Notes under the pieces: model-generated
Told to the model about the DNA's origin: nothing
The model's database searches: none
What the model saw: the letters and a program-made list of their open reading frames with translations, nothing else
Shown here: positions 39,218-50,462 of the stretch, piece after piece
Numbering within the stretch: the first letter of the stretch is position 1
How the letters are laid out: every line of letters begins with the position of its first letter
Translations under genes and position numbers: made by a program
DNA from: Tubiluchus corallicola
Taxonomy: Eukaryota; Animalia; Priapulida
NCBI GenBank assembly: GCA_030141605.1
Contig: JAQGDQ010000022.1
Span: 124,001 to 188,000, forward strand
Direction: 5' to 3'
DNA: 64,000 nucleotides

Positions 39218-40653
39218 CACATTATACCTTAAGACTGCATACCTAAACTGTTATACCTAAACGTTTTCACCACCTTGCACCGACGTGCTTAACTAAGTGT
39301 CCAGCAGGTAGCAGCACCTTATTACTTCACGCCACTTAAATTCCCACCAACCTGTATATAGGCTAGACACTTTTTTGTAGAATAAGTGTGAAATTTTCCG
39401 TGCCCTTAAAGACGAATATGACAAATGGAGTTAGATATATAAACAATTCTTCTAGATTTAGTACAACACCAGTGTGATGACTTATTGGTCAGTAATGCTT
39501 TAGAAACCATCACTAGGTGAAACAGACAAAAACAGTCATTTTTTGTACTTTTTTGGATTTCTTCCACCTGTTTGGTGTTTTTCATTGCACATATTGCAAG
39601 TTTTAATAACACTCTACAATGATACTTTTCACATAATGACTTTGTTAATAAAAATGATATTATGAAAAGTTATGAACTTGTCACTGAAGCTGGATTTTAT
39701 TCAGGAACCTAGTCTGGGGTGCGAACCAAGTGTCATACGGTTTGAGCGCTAGTCAAATTCTAAGTGTAAAATGTTATAAAAATTTTTCTCAAACTTTATT
39801 TAAGAAATTTTAGGCGAACGTCGGTCATCTGAGCCTGTTTCTTTATCCAGGGAAACCGGAAAATTAAAAATTAGTCCTAATTGAAAGAAATCTTAAGCGC
39901 ATTATTATTCGTGTTTGATCAGATGACAGAAACCAACAGCAGTAGCTGTTAGAAACGTCTTGTTTCTCGTGACAGGAAATAGCTAAACTTCGTAACGCAG
40001 TCCGTTATGTACACGCGCACAATTTAATTGACAGTGTATACTGACATACTGTTGAACATCTGACGCAGTACTCAGACTTAATAGCGCAATCTAATAGCTG
40101 AAATCGGTAGTATTTTATTAAATCATTATTATCATTATTATCAATATGGTTGACGAAAGGAAATTTCATCAGAAAGACTGTCGCAATACAATTGGCAATG
40201 TAAAAAAAACTGAAAACAATATAACAGAGAATAATGGTAAACGCATTTTCTTTGTTAAAAATATTATACAAAGCCCACCTTAGTCACATACCCAAAGTAC
40301 TCTGCTTTATTTTACTGCCTATAAATCATAAATAACGATATGCTAAAAAACAATCATGCTCATTAAAAGACAGATGAAAAACAAATTAGTATAAAGAACT
40401 CGAACTAGTTTAAAGGGTTTAAAACAGTGACAACTTTACTTTTCAATCGAAATAAACAAAAATAGAACTGAATTTAAATTGATGACAAGCTGGCTACTTA
40501 ACCAACCAAGGAAAGAGTGAATATAGAATCAAATAACTACTAAATTGTCAAGAAGTATTGAATGTATTACAAATGTTCAAAACAATCGATTATATCAACA
40601 AGTTGAAATTATGAATAAAACTTGATGGTGTCAACTGGATCATCTATTTGGCC

Positions 40654-41991
40654 TTAGAGCTTGGTCGACATCTTTAAACACATGTCTTTCATTATGCGGT
40701 TGTGGTTGTTGTTCTTGAATTCTGCACATTCTTGTTGGTAGATGCTAAAAGGACTTTGCTTCCTTTCATTTGTCGCAGAAAACTTCCCTGAATTATCCGA
40801 CATTTGGTTTTCAGAACTGACAAACAAAGCATTCGCACTTTTTGAGTCATCAGGCTGAAACTCTCGCGATATTAATTCAGTTTCTTTTTCTCCGTTGTGG
40901 CTGTTGTCACATTTACACAGGTTAGCCAACGCTTTACGGAACAGGCCGCTGCTGGCGCTGTAAGCGTAGAAGTTGACAGACACGTTGATGATCTCCAGAA
41001 GATTAGCAACATGCCTAAAGATCTCATACCTTATATTTCTCACGAGAATTTCCTGGGATACCATTCTGTCCACAACAATAATGATAGTTTGAGGAAGAGT
41101 ACAAAGTACGAATATAACTGATATAGTAGTCAACAATACAATTAAATGTTTCTCGCCTGTTTTTGCCGAGTATTTAGTTTCAACGCCTGCTTTGACAGTT
41201 CTTCTTTTCATGCTTCTCATTATAATTCGAAGTATAAGAGGGTTTAGCAAAATAATGCATACAGTTGGAATTAGTCGTGTAATTACAACGTCTATCCATG
41301 GCCAGACGATACTGTACCCGACGTTTTCATGAATGTCTCTATTCCATTCGGCATCCCAATAAAATTTATTTGTCCTAAGATCTCGAAACTTTCTCACGTT
41401 GTAAGTACATATCTCCGGGACTTTGACAGCAAAGGAAATCGCGGCTACGGTTAGGACAATAATCCGAGCCATGATTCGTTTCCGGAAAGGTGCAGAGCTC
41501 AGTGGATGACATACGGACAAATACCTGTCGCCCGTGACGCACATTATTAGCATGTTACCCATCGCTATGAACCAAGCAGCCAGAAACTGATGACCACGCG
41601 CGTAGTAGGTAGCCAAGGACTTCGGTCTATCTACTGTGGCAACCAGAAACTGCGTCGGCAAAAACACCACGTACAAAGTCAAAGCCATACAATCAGCTAT
41701 TGCCAATGCTCTGAGGTAAACATAAGGAATCGCGAAGAGAATTCGTTTCTGGCCCCACAAAACTATAAGCGTTAGAACGTTTCCTACCATACCTATCCCG
41801 ATAAATATGGGGAACATTATCTTGTAAACGACCCAAGCTGTTAACTGCAATCGTAGCATGTGTTCTTTTGTAATAGAGTCTGTGGTGTTTGTTATCGAAT
41901 TTTCATTGGACTGAAGCGAATAATTAACTGTGATGTTGTCAAGTCCCAATACCGACATATTCTGATTATGAAATGTCATTTCGGTACTCAT
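40654..41991 (-). CDS. Class A peptide GPCR, FMRFamide-receptor-like orphan family, paralog A (445 aa, uninterrupted CDS)
   Basis: N-terminus with several N-x-S/T sites, TM1 GMVGN, TM2 YLRALAIAD, TM3 GDRYLSVCHP, TM6 FVLCTLPQ, TM7 NVSVNFYAY. Candidate minus-strand AATAAA at 40306-40311. Confidence 0.93.
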   Translation of the reverse strand: MSTEMTFHNQNMSVLGLDNITVNYSLQSNENSITNTTDSITKEHMLRLQLTAWVVYKIMFPIFIGIGMVGNVLTLIVLWGQKRILFAIPYVYLRALAIADCMALTLYVVFLPTQFLVATVDRPKSLATYYARGHQFLAAWFIAMGNMLIMCVTGDRYLSVCHPLSSAPFRKRIMARIIVLTVAAISFAVKVPEICTYNVRKFRDLRTNKFYWDAEWNRDIHENVGYSIVWPWIDVVITRLIPTVCIILLNPLILRIIMRSMKRRTVKAGVETKYSAKTGEKHLIVLLTTISVIFVLCTLPQTIIIVVDRMVSQEILVRNIRYEIFRHVANLLEIINVSVNFYAYSASSGLFRKALANLCKCDNSHNGEKETELISREFQPDDSKSANALFVSSENQMSDNSGKFSATNERKQSPFSIYQQECAEFKNNNHNRIMKDMCLKMSTKL

Positions 41992-43751
41992 CTTGTGAAA
42001 ACAGAATCGCTTTTTGTCTGGTAGATTGAAAAATATTCATTGCCCGAACGTAATCAATATGTGAACATCAGCGAAGAAACCACTCATAATGAACTTCATC
42101 GAGCATGTTTTTAGATGACATTGATTATCGGTCTTCTTTGCTTTTGACGAGCTAATGTCTCAATGGCTTCTTGAAATATTCACAGTTCAGTTATGCCAGC
42201 TAAATCTACAGTCACTCTTTGCAGAAAATATCCACTCGTTTTTGGTACAGACTTACTTGAGTTTCTGCTGATTTTCACTTAGTAATAACACCTCTTCTTT
42301 ATTTCGCATTAAATCCTCGGTTTTTTTCATCTGTACACTGCTACATAGATGAGAAGTTCGTCAACTCGAGTTCAGTTTTCATCGAATGCGTGCCCAATGC
42401 GAATTTTCAGAAAAGTCTACGGAGTAAATGAGCCGCACTCTTCCTCACCGCAAACGCGGACAATAATTAAAGACGACAATTAACAAAACGTGCTACGACG
42501 CCGACTGCACATCTCACAAATAATCGTATATGCATCAATAACTAATGAAAGTTCGATTATCAGCTTGACAAAGATGCTCAAGTGACAGCAAAATTACATG
42601 TCCGTGTCCGAATTTAAGAGTTCTGACAGCAAAAATTTTAAAAAGCTGCATGGATGCACAATATGCCCCGCGGGTGCATAGTTTAGCGCTACGTTATGTC
42701 CGCAGTCTCGGTTTATACTTCTATAGCTCGTACGGAAACTGATCTTAAAAAAGTATTCAAGCAGTAAAACTGAAAGATTTCTATCTCCTTCAGACCTTAG
42801 ACGATGGCTAAGGCGTTCGCATTTATGTCCGTGTTTGAGATACTCAAATGTTTCTACGTCAAAAACAACTAACTTTTAATATATTCGCACTAGGGATTCC
42901 AATCCGCGATAGAGGCCCCTTTACTAGAATTTATGTGCTACTTTTAAAATATTGTTTGACTATAGTGCCCTTCAAACTCTCTTGCTATTACACAAAGTAA
43001 CCAGCAGCACGTGACCTAAAACAATTTTATGATTTTGTTTAGACGGCAACATACTCTCCCTGAGTGTTACGTATAAACAGGTTAAAGAACAGCTTTATTT
43101 GTTACATACTTAGGCCATTTTATTTTAATTTTATTGAGTATATTACATAAATTTTATCGTTTTATTATTTACAGACCAGTGTAATATGTTATAATTTGCG
43201 AGAGCTGTACTCATATTGGAAGTGGATAATAATAATGAGATTGGTGAAGAACTTCGTGGATTAGTACAAGTTAGTTTTGTAGATACAACGGGTATCTTCT
43301 TTCCTTGTAATGATGTGAATTAATATTAGATTGCCTAAACAGAATTAGGTTAAGATTGTATAAACACTACGCATATTCGAACTGGGTCTAAAAATCGGAA
43401 ATATGGATTTCGTGTAAACCTTAATGAACTGGAACGGTGCTCAGTAGAGCATTGACATCTGTTAAAATCTGACAGTCCTAAACCTTATTTGACTCTTTTG
43501 ATGGAAAAATAAAAGCAAAACAAAAGTCTGATAACATGCTTGCGATATATTTGCGCCAACAGGAAACAAGCTGTGTTACGCAAAGAAACAAACAAACAAC
43601 AAACGGCGATGAAAACATAACCTAAAAACAGCGTAGTTATAATTGCACACATTGGACAATTCTAACGGTGAATGGTGTTGTTTTTTGTAGGATAGAGTTT
43701 AAAAACATTAATTATTTGTGCTTGTGAACTTGTGAAAACTGTGATTCTTTT

Positions 43752-43752
<1 letters not shown>

Positions 43753-43820
<68 letters not shown>
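43753..43820. repeat. (AG)n microsatellite
   Basis: Perfect AG run. Confidence 0.97.
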
Positions 43821-43827
<7 letters not shown>

Positions 43828-45909
43828 GAACTATTATGGTTCGTCACTGACAAATACGACTGCTGTACTGCTTCATTTAAATTGCACTCATGGGACAACA
43901 GTAAACGACAACATTAGCGCTATCAGAGAACGTAGTTAAATAATTGATTAACTTCAACAATTCTTTACTTTTAATTTCAGTAAACTGCATAGCTTTATTA
44001 TTATTATTAGTAGTGACAAAAAGCTTTAGTTTGTCCATGATTTATGTGTCATGATACAAACAATGCTTGGCTGTTATAAAAAACGTGTAATAAGTGACGA
44101 ATAACTAGAAAAAAAGACGTAGGGAAATTTAGTTTTAAAGAAAAGTTTTTAACAAAAATCAGAAAAGTGATCCGTATTTTGTATAAGCCATTTAACGCAG
44201 ATTATTTATCGAAGATGGCGCTGAAATGTCATGTTGAGTAGAGTGCCTATACATCTACTGCTTTTAGAACTGAACTGTCAGTACCTTGTCAAAATAGGCT
44301 TTATAAGAGACGATAATTCTTAAAAGAGGATAGCAGTTCAGCGCATCCACCCATTTCGCCAGTGGTATTGTGAAAGGTACAAAGTGATAATTAAACTAAA
44401 ATTAATAACAATGTGTTGCATAGTCAATGAGTTGGCTGAATGTTTTTGCCAATTACTAAATAGTCGTGTACATAAGGAAGAGCTTATTGGAAAGAGAAGC
44501 CTGAACCATCTGAGCAATGGAAGCAAATTGATTACGTAAACTGATGGAAGATGGCGCCACTTTGCTCTCAGGCCAAGCCTGGCAGTACGGTACGGTACGA
44601 AAAAATATCGTACTTCTAAAAAACAGTACAGTAATTCCGTACCGTAATATCGTACCAAATTCATGTACGATCTACAAAACAATTATAGCTGCTATAGTCA
44701 TCGAATACTTTGACCACACCAGTTAATGTGTTACTTCGGTACTTCCCGAACTTCTTTTGTCGGCAAAGCAAACGTTTACCTCAGGTGATGTGCAATGATT
44801 AAATTGTTACTGTTTTGCACAGATCGACAAAGTTCTAAACATTCCTCATAAACGACATACATTCTGAAATGTCTTGCTTCAACAGAATCTGCATAGCAAG
44901 AGATGTGCAGTATTACTCAATAGCTAGAATATAAACAACGGAGTTACATGAATTGGGGTCAAGCGTGGGAAGCAATCTGTAAACAAATATAAACGTAATT
45001 TACGGAAAATGACAACTCCAGCTTCCAAACAACTTGTGGCTTTGCAGTTTGCACTCAAAAGGAACCAATTTAGTGGTTTTGGTTGCGTGTGCTCTGTGTT
45101 AATTAGGGGAGAACAGTAAGTCCCGCACACCAGCAAAATAAGTCATCACACTGAGTTGCTCCCCAATAGAAACGTTACAAGAAGCTTGATGTTACAAACA
45201 CCATGGGCTCAGCTATTCAGTCGGCAGCTAAAATTTAATAAAATTTACTTGACGACATATGTATGGTTTTTATTTAAGCTGGTCACGCTGATCACAGCAT
45301 CTCTCTCTCCCTTTCTCTCTCTCTCTTGCATTCTCTCTTACTCTTAAAGGGAGTTTCTTGCTTAAGCATTTAATGTTGGCCTTTTCTGCGAACAGAGAGA
45401 GAGAAAGGGGGAGGGAGAAAAACAGAAAGAGCAACAGATAGGGAAAGAGAGGGGAAAGTAAGATTGAGAAAGGCAGAGAGATCGATGATCAAAGTGCGAC
45501 GGAAAAAACATGCTGAGTGGCCAGGCGATGTAATGAACGTAATGCATTATTTATTATTTCTACGGCACTACAACATGTCGCTCATTGGTCACTAATTGCC
45601 TCCACCTCTTGATCCTTCTACCAGTTAAATGTGTTCACCGATCATGTCCTAACTACTCCCCACTGAATTTGTAACAACATTTGGTAATCTTGTGTAATGT
45701 CTAACTTCTAATTTGTCAACTAACAAATTAAGAAGCACGAAAATATGCAAAAGTTAAATTTCAAAATATAAACAGCTCATACACCTGAGAGACCCCTCAG
45801 CTTTACCATATTCTCAATAATCAAGAACGATTTTATATTATAGTACCTCATTTTATAGTACCTCAATTTATTATTATAGCCTTTTTGTAACTTTTGGTAC
45901 CAAAGTTAA

Positions 45910-47265
45910 TCAAAGTTGTGTGTAGTTAGTGAAATTATCTAAGCTGTATTGCGAATTATTAATAACGCTTATGTGAAGGTCATCCAAATCGTCTTTTTCG
46001 GCAGTTGAAGTTTCGTTCTGAATCATCTGATCTGGGATACCATCGCACTGTAAATCCGCCATGTTCACTTGTGTCGCTACTGTAGTCGACGCTAGGGACA
46101 CCTGGGTGACGCTTCGGCTGATCATTGTCCGCTTTGTGAACATGGTTGACTGCAATTTACTGGAAAATCTGGTTGACCCGCGGTTCAGTAAGCTCGGGAA
46201 ACAATGACACATCATCATTGTGGCTTTACGAAATCGTACATTGCTGATGCTATAAGCATAGAAGTTGACTGAGAAATTGACCAGCTCCAGAAGCATTGCA
46301 GAATGGCGAAAGAATTCGAACCTGATGCTCGCGTTTAGTATCTTCTGCGACACCATTCTGTCTACTAGCATCATGATGGTTTGGGGTGTTGTACAAGCGA
46401 CGAATATGGCAGATATGGTGATTAGCAGAATATTCAGATTTCGTTCGTCCATCATCCTCTTGCGGTCATCGCTCTTTGTGGACTGGACATTGGTCATAAC
46501 TAGCCGCTTTTTGCTGCTCATGCGGATGGCATGGAGTATAAGAGGATTTAGTACAATAATGCAAAGAGTGGGAATCAATCGAGTGATAATCACATCTGCC
46601 CAAGGCCAAACGATACTATACCAAATGTTTAGATGGATCTGCTCGTTCCATACTGCATCCCAGTACGTTTTATTGGTTCGAAGATCCCGGAATTTAATGA
46701 CGTAGTAAGTGAATATTTCGGGAATCTTGATGGTGAAAGAAAGAATGAACATGCAAACGATGACGATCTTAGCAATAGAGTGAGTGCGAAAACGTATGCT
46801 CCGGAGCGGGTGACATATGGACAAGTACCTGTCCCAAGTGACACACATAATGAGAAGGTTACTCATGCCTGCGAACCAACTAATGAACGTTTGCTGACAA
46901 CAAGCGTAATATTTCGCTAGCGGTTTGGTACGGTCTGTTGTAGTGACAAGGAATTGTGTAGGCAAAAACACGGTCCACACTAATACTTCCATGAAGTCAG
47001 CTATTGCCAACCCCCTCAAGTAGGAATATGAAACTGCATGCAATTCTTTCTTTTGGGTCCATAGAACAATGACATTCAAAGAATTACCAATTAATCCTAC
47101 AGCTACACATATGGGAAACATAATCTTGTAGATGACGAACAAAGCAAACTGATATCTTTGAAGTAATTTGGTATACTCGGCTTGATTAGGTACTGAATCA
47201 GACGCAAAAGTTTCCTTAAGGCCATCAGGTGCCAAAGTATAGTTATCCATAGTTTCATTTATCAT
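45910..47265 (-). CDS. Class A peptide GPCR, FMRFamide-receptor-like orphan family, paralog B (451 aa, uninterrupted CDS)
   Basis: GLIGN, YLRGLAIAD, WDRYLSICHP, FVACTTPQ and NFSVNFYAY. Collinear with paralog A through the TM core; Ser/Thr-rich C-tail. Confidence 0.93.
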   Translation of the reverse strand: MINETMDNYTLAPDGLKETFASDSVPNQAEYTKLLQRYQFALFVIYKIMFPICVAVGLIGNSLNVIVLWTQKKELHAVSYSYLRGLAIADFMEVLVWTVFLPTQFLVTTTDRTKPLAKYYACCQQTFISWFAGMSNLLIMCVTWDRYLSICHPLRSIRFRTHSIAKIVIVCMFILSFTIKIPEIFTYYVIKFRDLRTNKTYWDAVWNEQIHLNIWYSIVWPWADVIITRLIPTLCIIVLNPLILHAIRMSSKKRLVMTNVQSTKSDDRKRMMDERNLNILLITISAIFVACTTPQTIMMLVDRMVSQKILNASIRFEFFRHSAMLLELVNFSVNFYAYSISNVRFRKATMMMCHCFPSLLNRGSTRFSSKLQSTMFTKRTMISRSVTQVSLASTTVATQVNMADLQCDGIPDQMIQNETSTAEKDDLDDLHISVINNSQYSLDNFTNYTQL

Positions 47266-47348
47266 CGTGCTTTTTTACCACTTTACAATAAGTCGAAAGC
47301 TGCTGCTGGCAGGGGTGGAGTGAATCCACTTGTGTCACAGCAAAAAAC

Positions 47349-47360
47349 CTGAAAAGGAAA
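47349..47360 (-). promoter_or_regulatory. Candidate 3' splice acceptor in the 5' UTR of GPCR paralog B
   Basis: Minus strand reads TTTCCTTTTCAG|G, with the exon starting at 47348, 83 nt before the ATG. Confidence 0.55.
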
Positions 47361-47959
47361 GTGTACTATTTAGACTATCCCTGAAAAACTAGGAACTTGA
47401 AAATAGTAGCAATTATTTTTACAATAAAACGTTTACAATATTTCTGAAGTAATTCTTTATCACTTATCAATGGCAATAAATCTATAAGCAGCCAGCCTTT
47501 TGCGATTTCAAAATTCACTTACATACATGCAGTTGTAATATTAGGCAGCAGTGAAGAAATCAAGTTTATCGTTTACACATAAAAGCTAGTTAATGCTGAG
47601 CTTGTTCTATTTCAACTTAACCGTTTAACCGCCTGTAGACTAAAGTTTTTTCACCTCTAACAATGGAGGATGATTGATGTCCGATAAAATGATGTATTGA
47701 TGTACATAAATTCAGCTACTAAACTGATTAAAGAGAAAGTCATGATTTTAGCTGTTATCCTCTATTACTAAAAGCGACATGCAACCTGCTTGGGGTTGGT
47801 ACCTTCTTGATTAGGTGATTTCTGCGTTAGGTTACATCGCAGACTTGGACTTACGTTCCGGCTAACTTTCCAAAAATACAAAATCGACAATGACATGTTT
47901 ATATGTGTTTATTGATATATCAATGTATCTTGAAATACCTTTGCTTTTCGACTGGCTTC

Positions 47960-48560
47960 TCATTTATTTCTGTTACGGTTTTTATTTCGGATAATGGCTC
48001 CGAAACTACGAAAAGTTGGAAAACGAAACATCGTCAGCTTATAGGCCCGAATGGGGAATGACTTTTGCAGGATAATTGATGACCTTGGGTAAGTGGTTCA
48101 AGGTCAAAGGTCATTTTTCTCAAAAACTTCGGAAGCTATCTGCTCCCAGGCTTTTAAAAGCAGGTTGTTGAAACTCAAAGGAACGATAGTTCTAGTGGTC
48201 AGTACCAAATAAATTTACTTAGGTTAACTGCGCAGGGCTGTGGAGGGACAGACTTCGGTGGAAGGGGTCAACAAAATGCGACCTTTGTAATGAAGCGAAA
48301 AATTATTACTTGTTGTAGTATATCGTTTCAAAGCTTGTAATGTGACAAAATAAACTGCGACAATTAAACATTTTGGAATTTCATAGGTTGTGTTGTGAGT
48401 GGATTTGGGGGTCAGAATGGTAATGTGACCTTTGACTTGGAATATGTCACTTGAAAGATAACGAGGAATTACGAGATAAATTACTAATGATGGTTAAATG
48501 AATTTTCGCAGTCTGTAAATAGTCACTGGTGGTGGGGGGAGGGGGTGAAATTTGAGCTTC
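47960..48560. mobile_element. Probable decayed non-autonomous DNA or rolling-circle element fragment
   Basis: Clustered TGACCTT/AAGGTCA motifs (tgaccttgg, tcaaggtcaaaggtca, tgacctttgacttg) and G-runs, resembling invertebrate Helentron-associated repeats. Ends not defined. Confidence 0.4.
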
Positions 48561-49449
48561 GATGTTAAATATGCAAAGTATGCGTTGTATCATATAATTT
48601 GTAGTATGTGTTGCAGTACTATTTAATAGTACAGCATGAAAATTTCGAACATTTCTAGGAACGTATACATGCGGACATTACCATCGTTGTTAATGTTTTT
48701 GGAGAACTAGCACGATCATATTTCCATATATATATATATATATATATAAAGAGGTTACTAATTCTGTATTTCTGTTGCATATAGCAAAGTTCATTCCATA
48801 ATTCCCTTTAGTTGAAAAAAATCAGTAAAATTAGCTGGAGTCGTTCAAAATATGCAATTTGATAAAAAAAAGTAGCTAGCGATATGATTTTAATAAGAAC
48901 TTTATACCAAGCAGTATAATGCTGCAGATCACAGATGAGTTTGAACTCATGGAACTTCAGAATTTACTCTCAGCATTTAGCTCTAATAGAGCAGACGATC
49001 TGTAGGAACATGCAAAACAAATAGTCCAGAATAGGTAAGAGTAAGAGTGGGTGTGAATAAACAACAGGCCCTAACGCAAATACGAGATCCAATGACATAA
49101 TTCATTAATAAATCACTTCGCCTGATACGCTATTATAATAATAATTATTGGGTAGAGTATAAAGACGGTGCTATACGTTGTCAAAAAACGTATGGTGTCA
49201 GAGTACGACAGTCATTAATGAACGAATTTTTGCCTAGGGCCTGTCAAATTTGCCGTATAGAATGGCTCTTGATGTTACAACTTTGAAACTTAGCAGTAAA
49301 TGTAATGCTGGGGGCATTTTAGAAAAAAGATACAACATTTATTGCAATTTAGGTGATTGCATTTAAGAGTGGATTTTTTCTTTTATTCATTATGAAATAA
49401 AATCAAATCAAATCAAATCAAAATTCATCAAATGAATTAACTTATTCAT

Positions 49450-49785
49450 TTCTTTATCTTTTTCCTTATTTTTCGCTTTTTTCTTTTGTTTCATTTTTCC
49501 TTCCTTCCTTTCTTCTTTCTTGCTTTCTTTTTTGCTTCCTTTCTTCTTCGGTTTTTTTCTTTCTTGTTTCATTGTTCCCTCCTTTTTCCTTTTTTGACAC
49601 TTCTTCCTTCCACTTATCTTTTCTTTTTCTCTTGCTTCCTTCTTTGTTTCCTGCTACTTTCTTTCTTTCTTTTTGCTCTCTTTTCATTTTTTCTCCTTTT
49701 TTGCACACTTTCTCCCATCCTTTCTTTTTTCTTTCTTCCTCGCTTCGTTCCTTGTTTTTTCTACATTTCCTGCCTTTTACTTCTA
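49450..49785. repeat. Polypyrimidine (CT-rich) low-complexity tract
   Basis: About 330 bp, nearly all T and C on the plus strand. Confidence 0.92.
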
Positions 49786-50034
49786 TTAGACAGACTCTAA
49801 CTACTGCTTTTCTGATTCCCTGTTCCTGAACAAACCAAATACATAAAAACACATTATGGTTAAATAGCACATTCTAGACCTACTGCCGCGTCTATCGCAC
49901 TGAAAATTCCGGATGCATGTGAATACAATAGTGCACCCTGAGCATTGAGTGAGCAATCCCCTTATGTCGTCCAATACTATCTTGAAACAATAACACAGGT
50001 TAATTCTTAACGACAAGAAAATTCACAATGAATA

Positions 50035-50462
50035 AAAAATTCCGCAATTAAAAAACAATGGAAAAGGAAGAAAAGGTTTCAAACTGCCACTGTAGTTTTT
50101 CATCAAGTGAACAAAAAAAGAGGAAAATTATAGGGAGTCACCAGAACGACTGAACTAATCTTTTGGGTGAGCTTCTGTTCATATTATTAACACGTTAAAA
50201 GGACAACACACTTTAAGAAGTACAAGCTTATAACAAAAACACAAAAGTACATTTTTATCTGCTGTGCTTCTTTCTTTTGCGTGCGTGCTTGCGTCCTTTT
50301 TATGTGCTAGTAACATAAACAAAGAACTCCCCAGAAAATTAGTTCATGATGTTTTTTCTCTTTTTGTCCTTTTTGTTAACCTGAAGAAGAACTGCAATGG
50401 TAGTTTGAAATGTTGTGTTTTCTCTTTCTTTTTTCCTTGTTTTTAAATTGGGGTGATTTTTT
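50035..50462. repeat. Long diverged inverted repeat (foldback), ~190-bp arms with short spacer
   Basis: tttcaaactgccactgtagtttttcatcaagtgaacaaaaa (left) versus tttcaaactaccattgcagttcttcttcaggttaacaaaaa (reverse complement of right). A second block, tgaactaat...aaaaggac, also pairs. Confidence 0.82.

Noticed and set aside
42662-42680. Short hairpin TATGCCCCGCGGGTGCATA resembling a Helitron-type 3' end
   Set aside because: Isolated, with no supporting element body.
44574-44672. CGGTAC/GTACCG motif cluster resembling a hAT subterminal region
   Set aside because: Only one possible end; no matching TIR or 8-bp TSD found.
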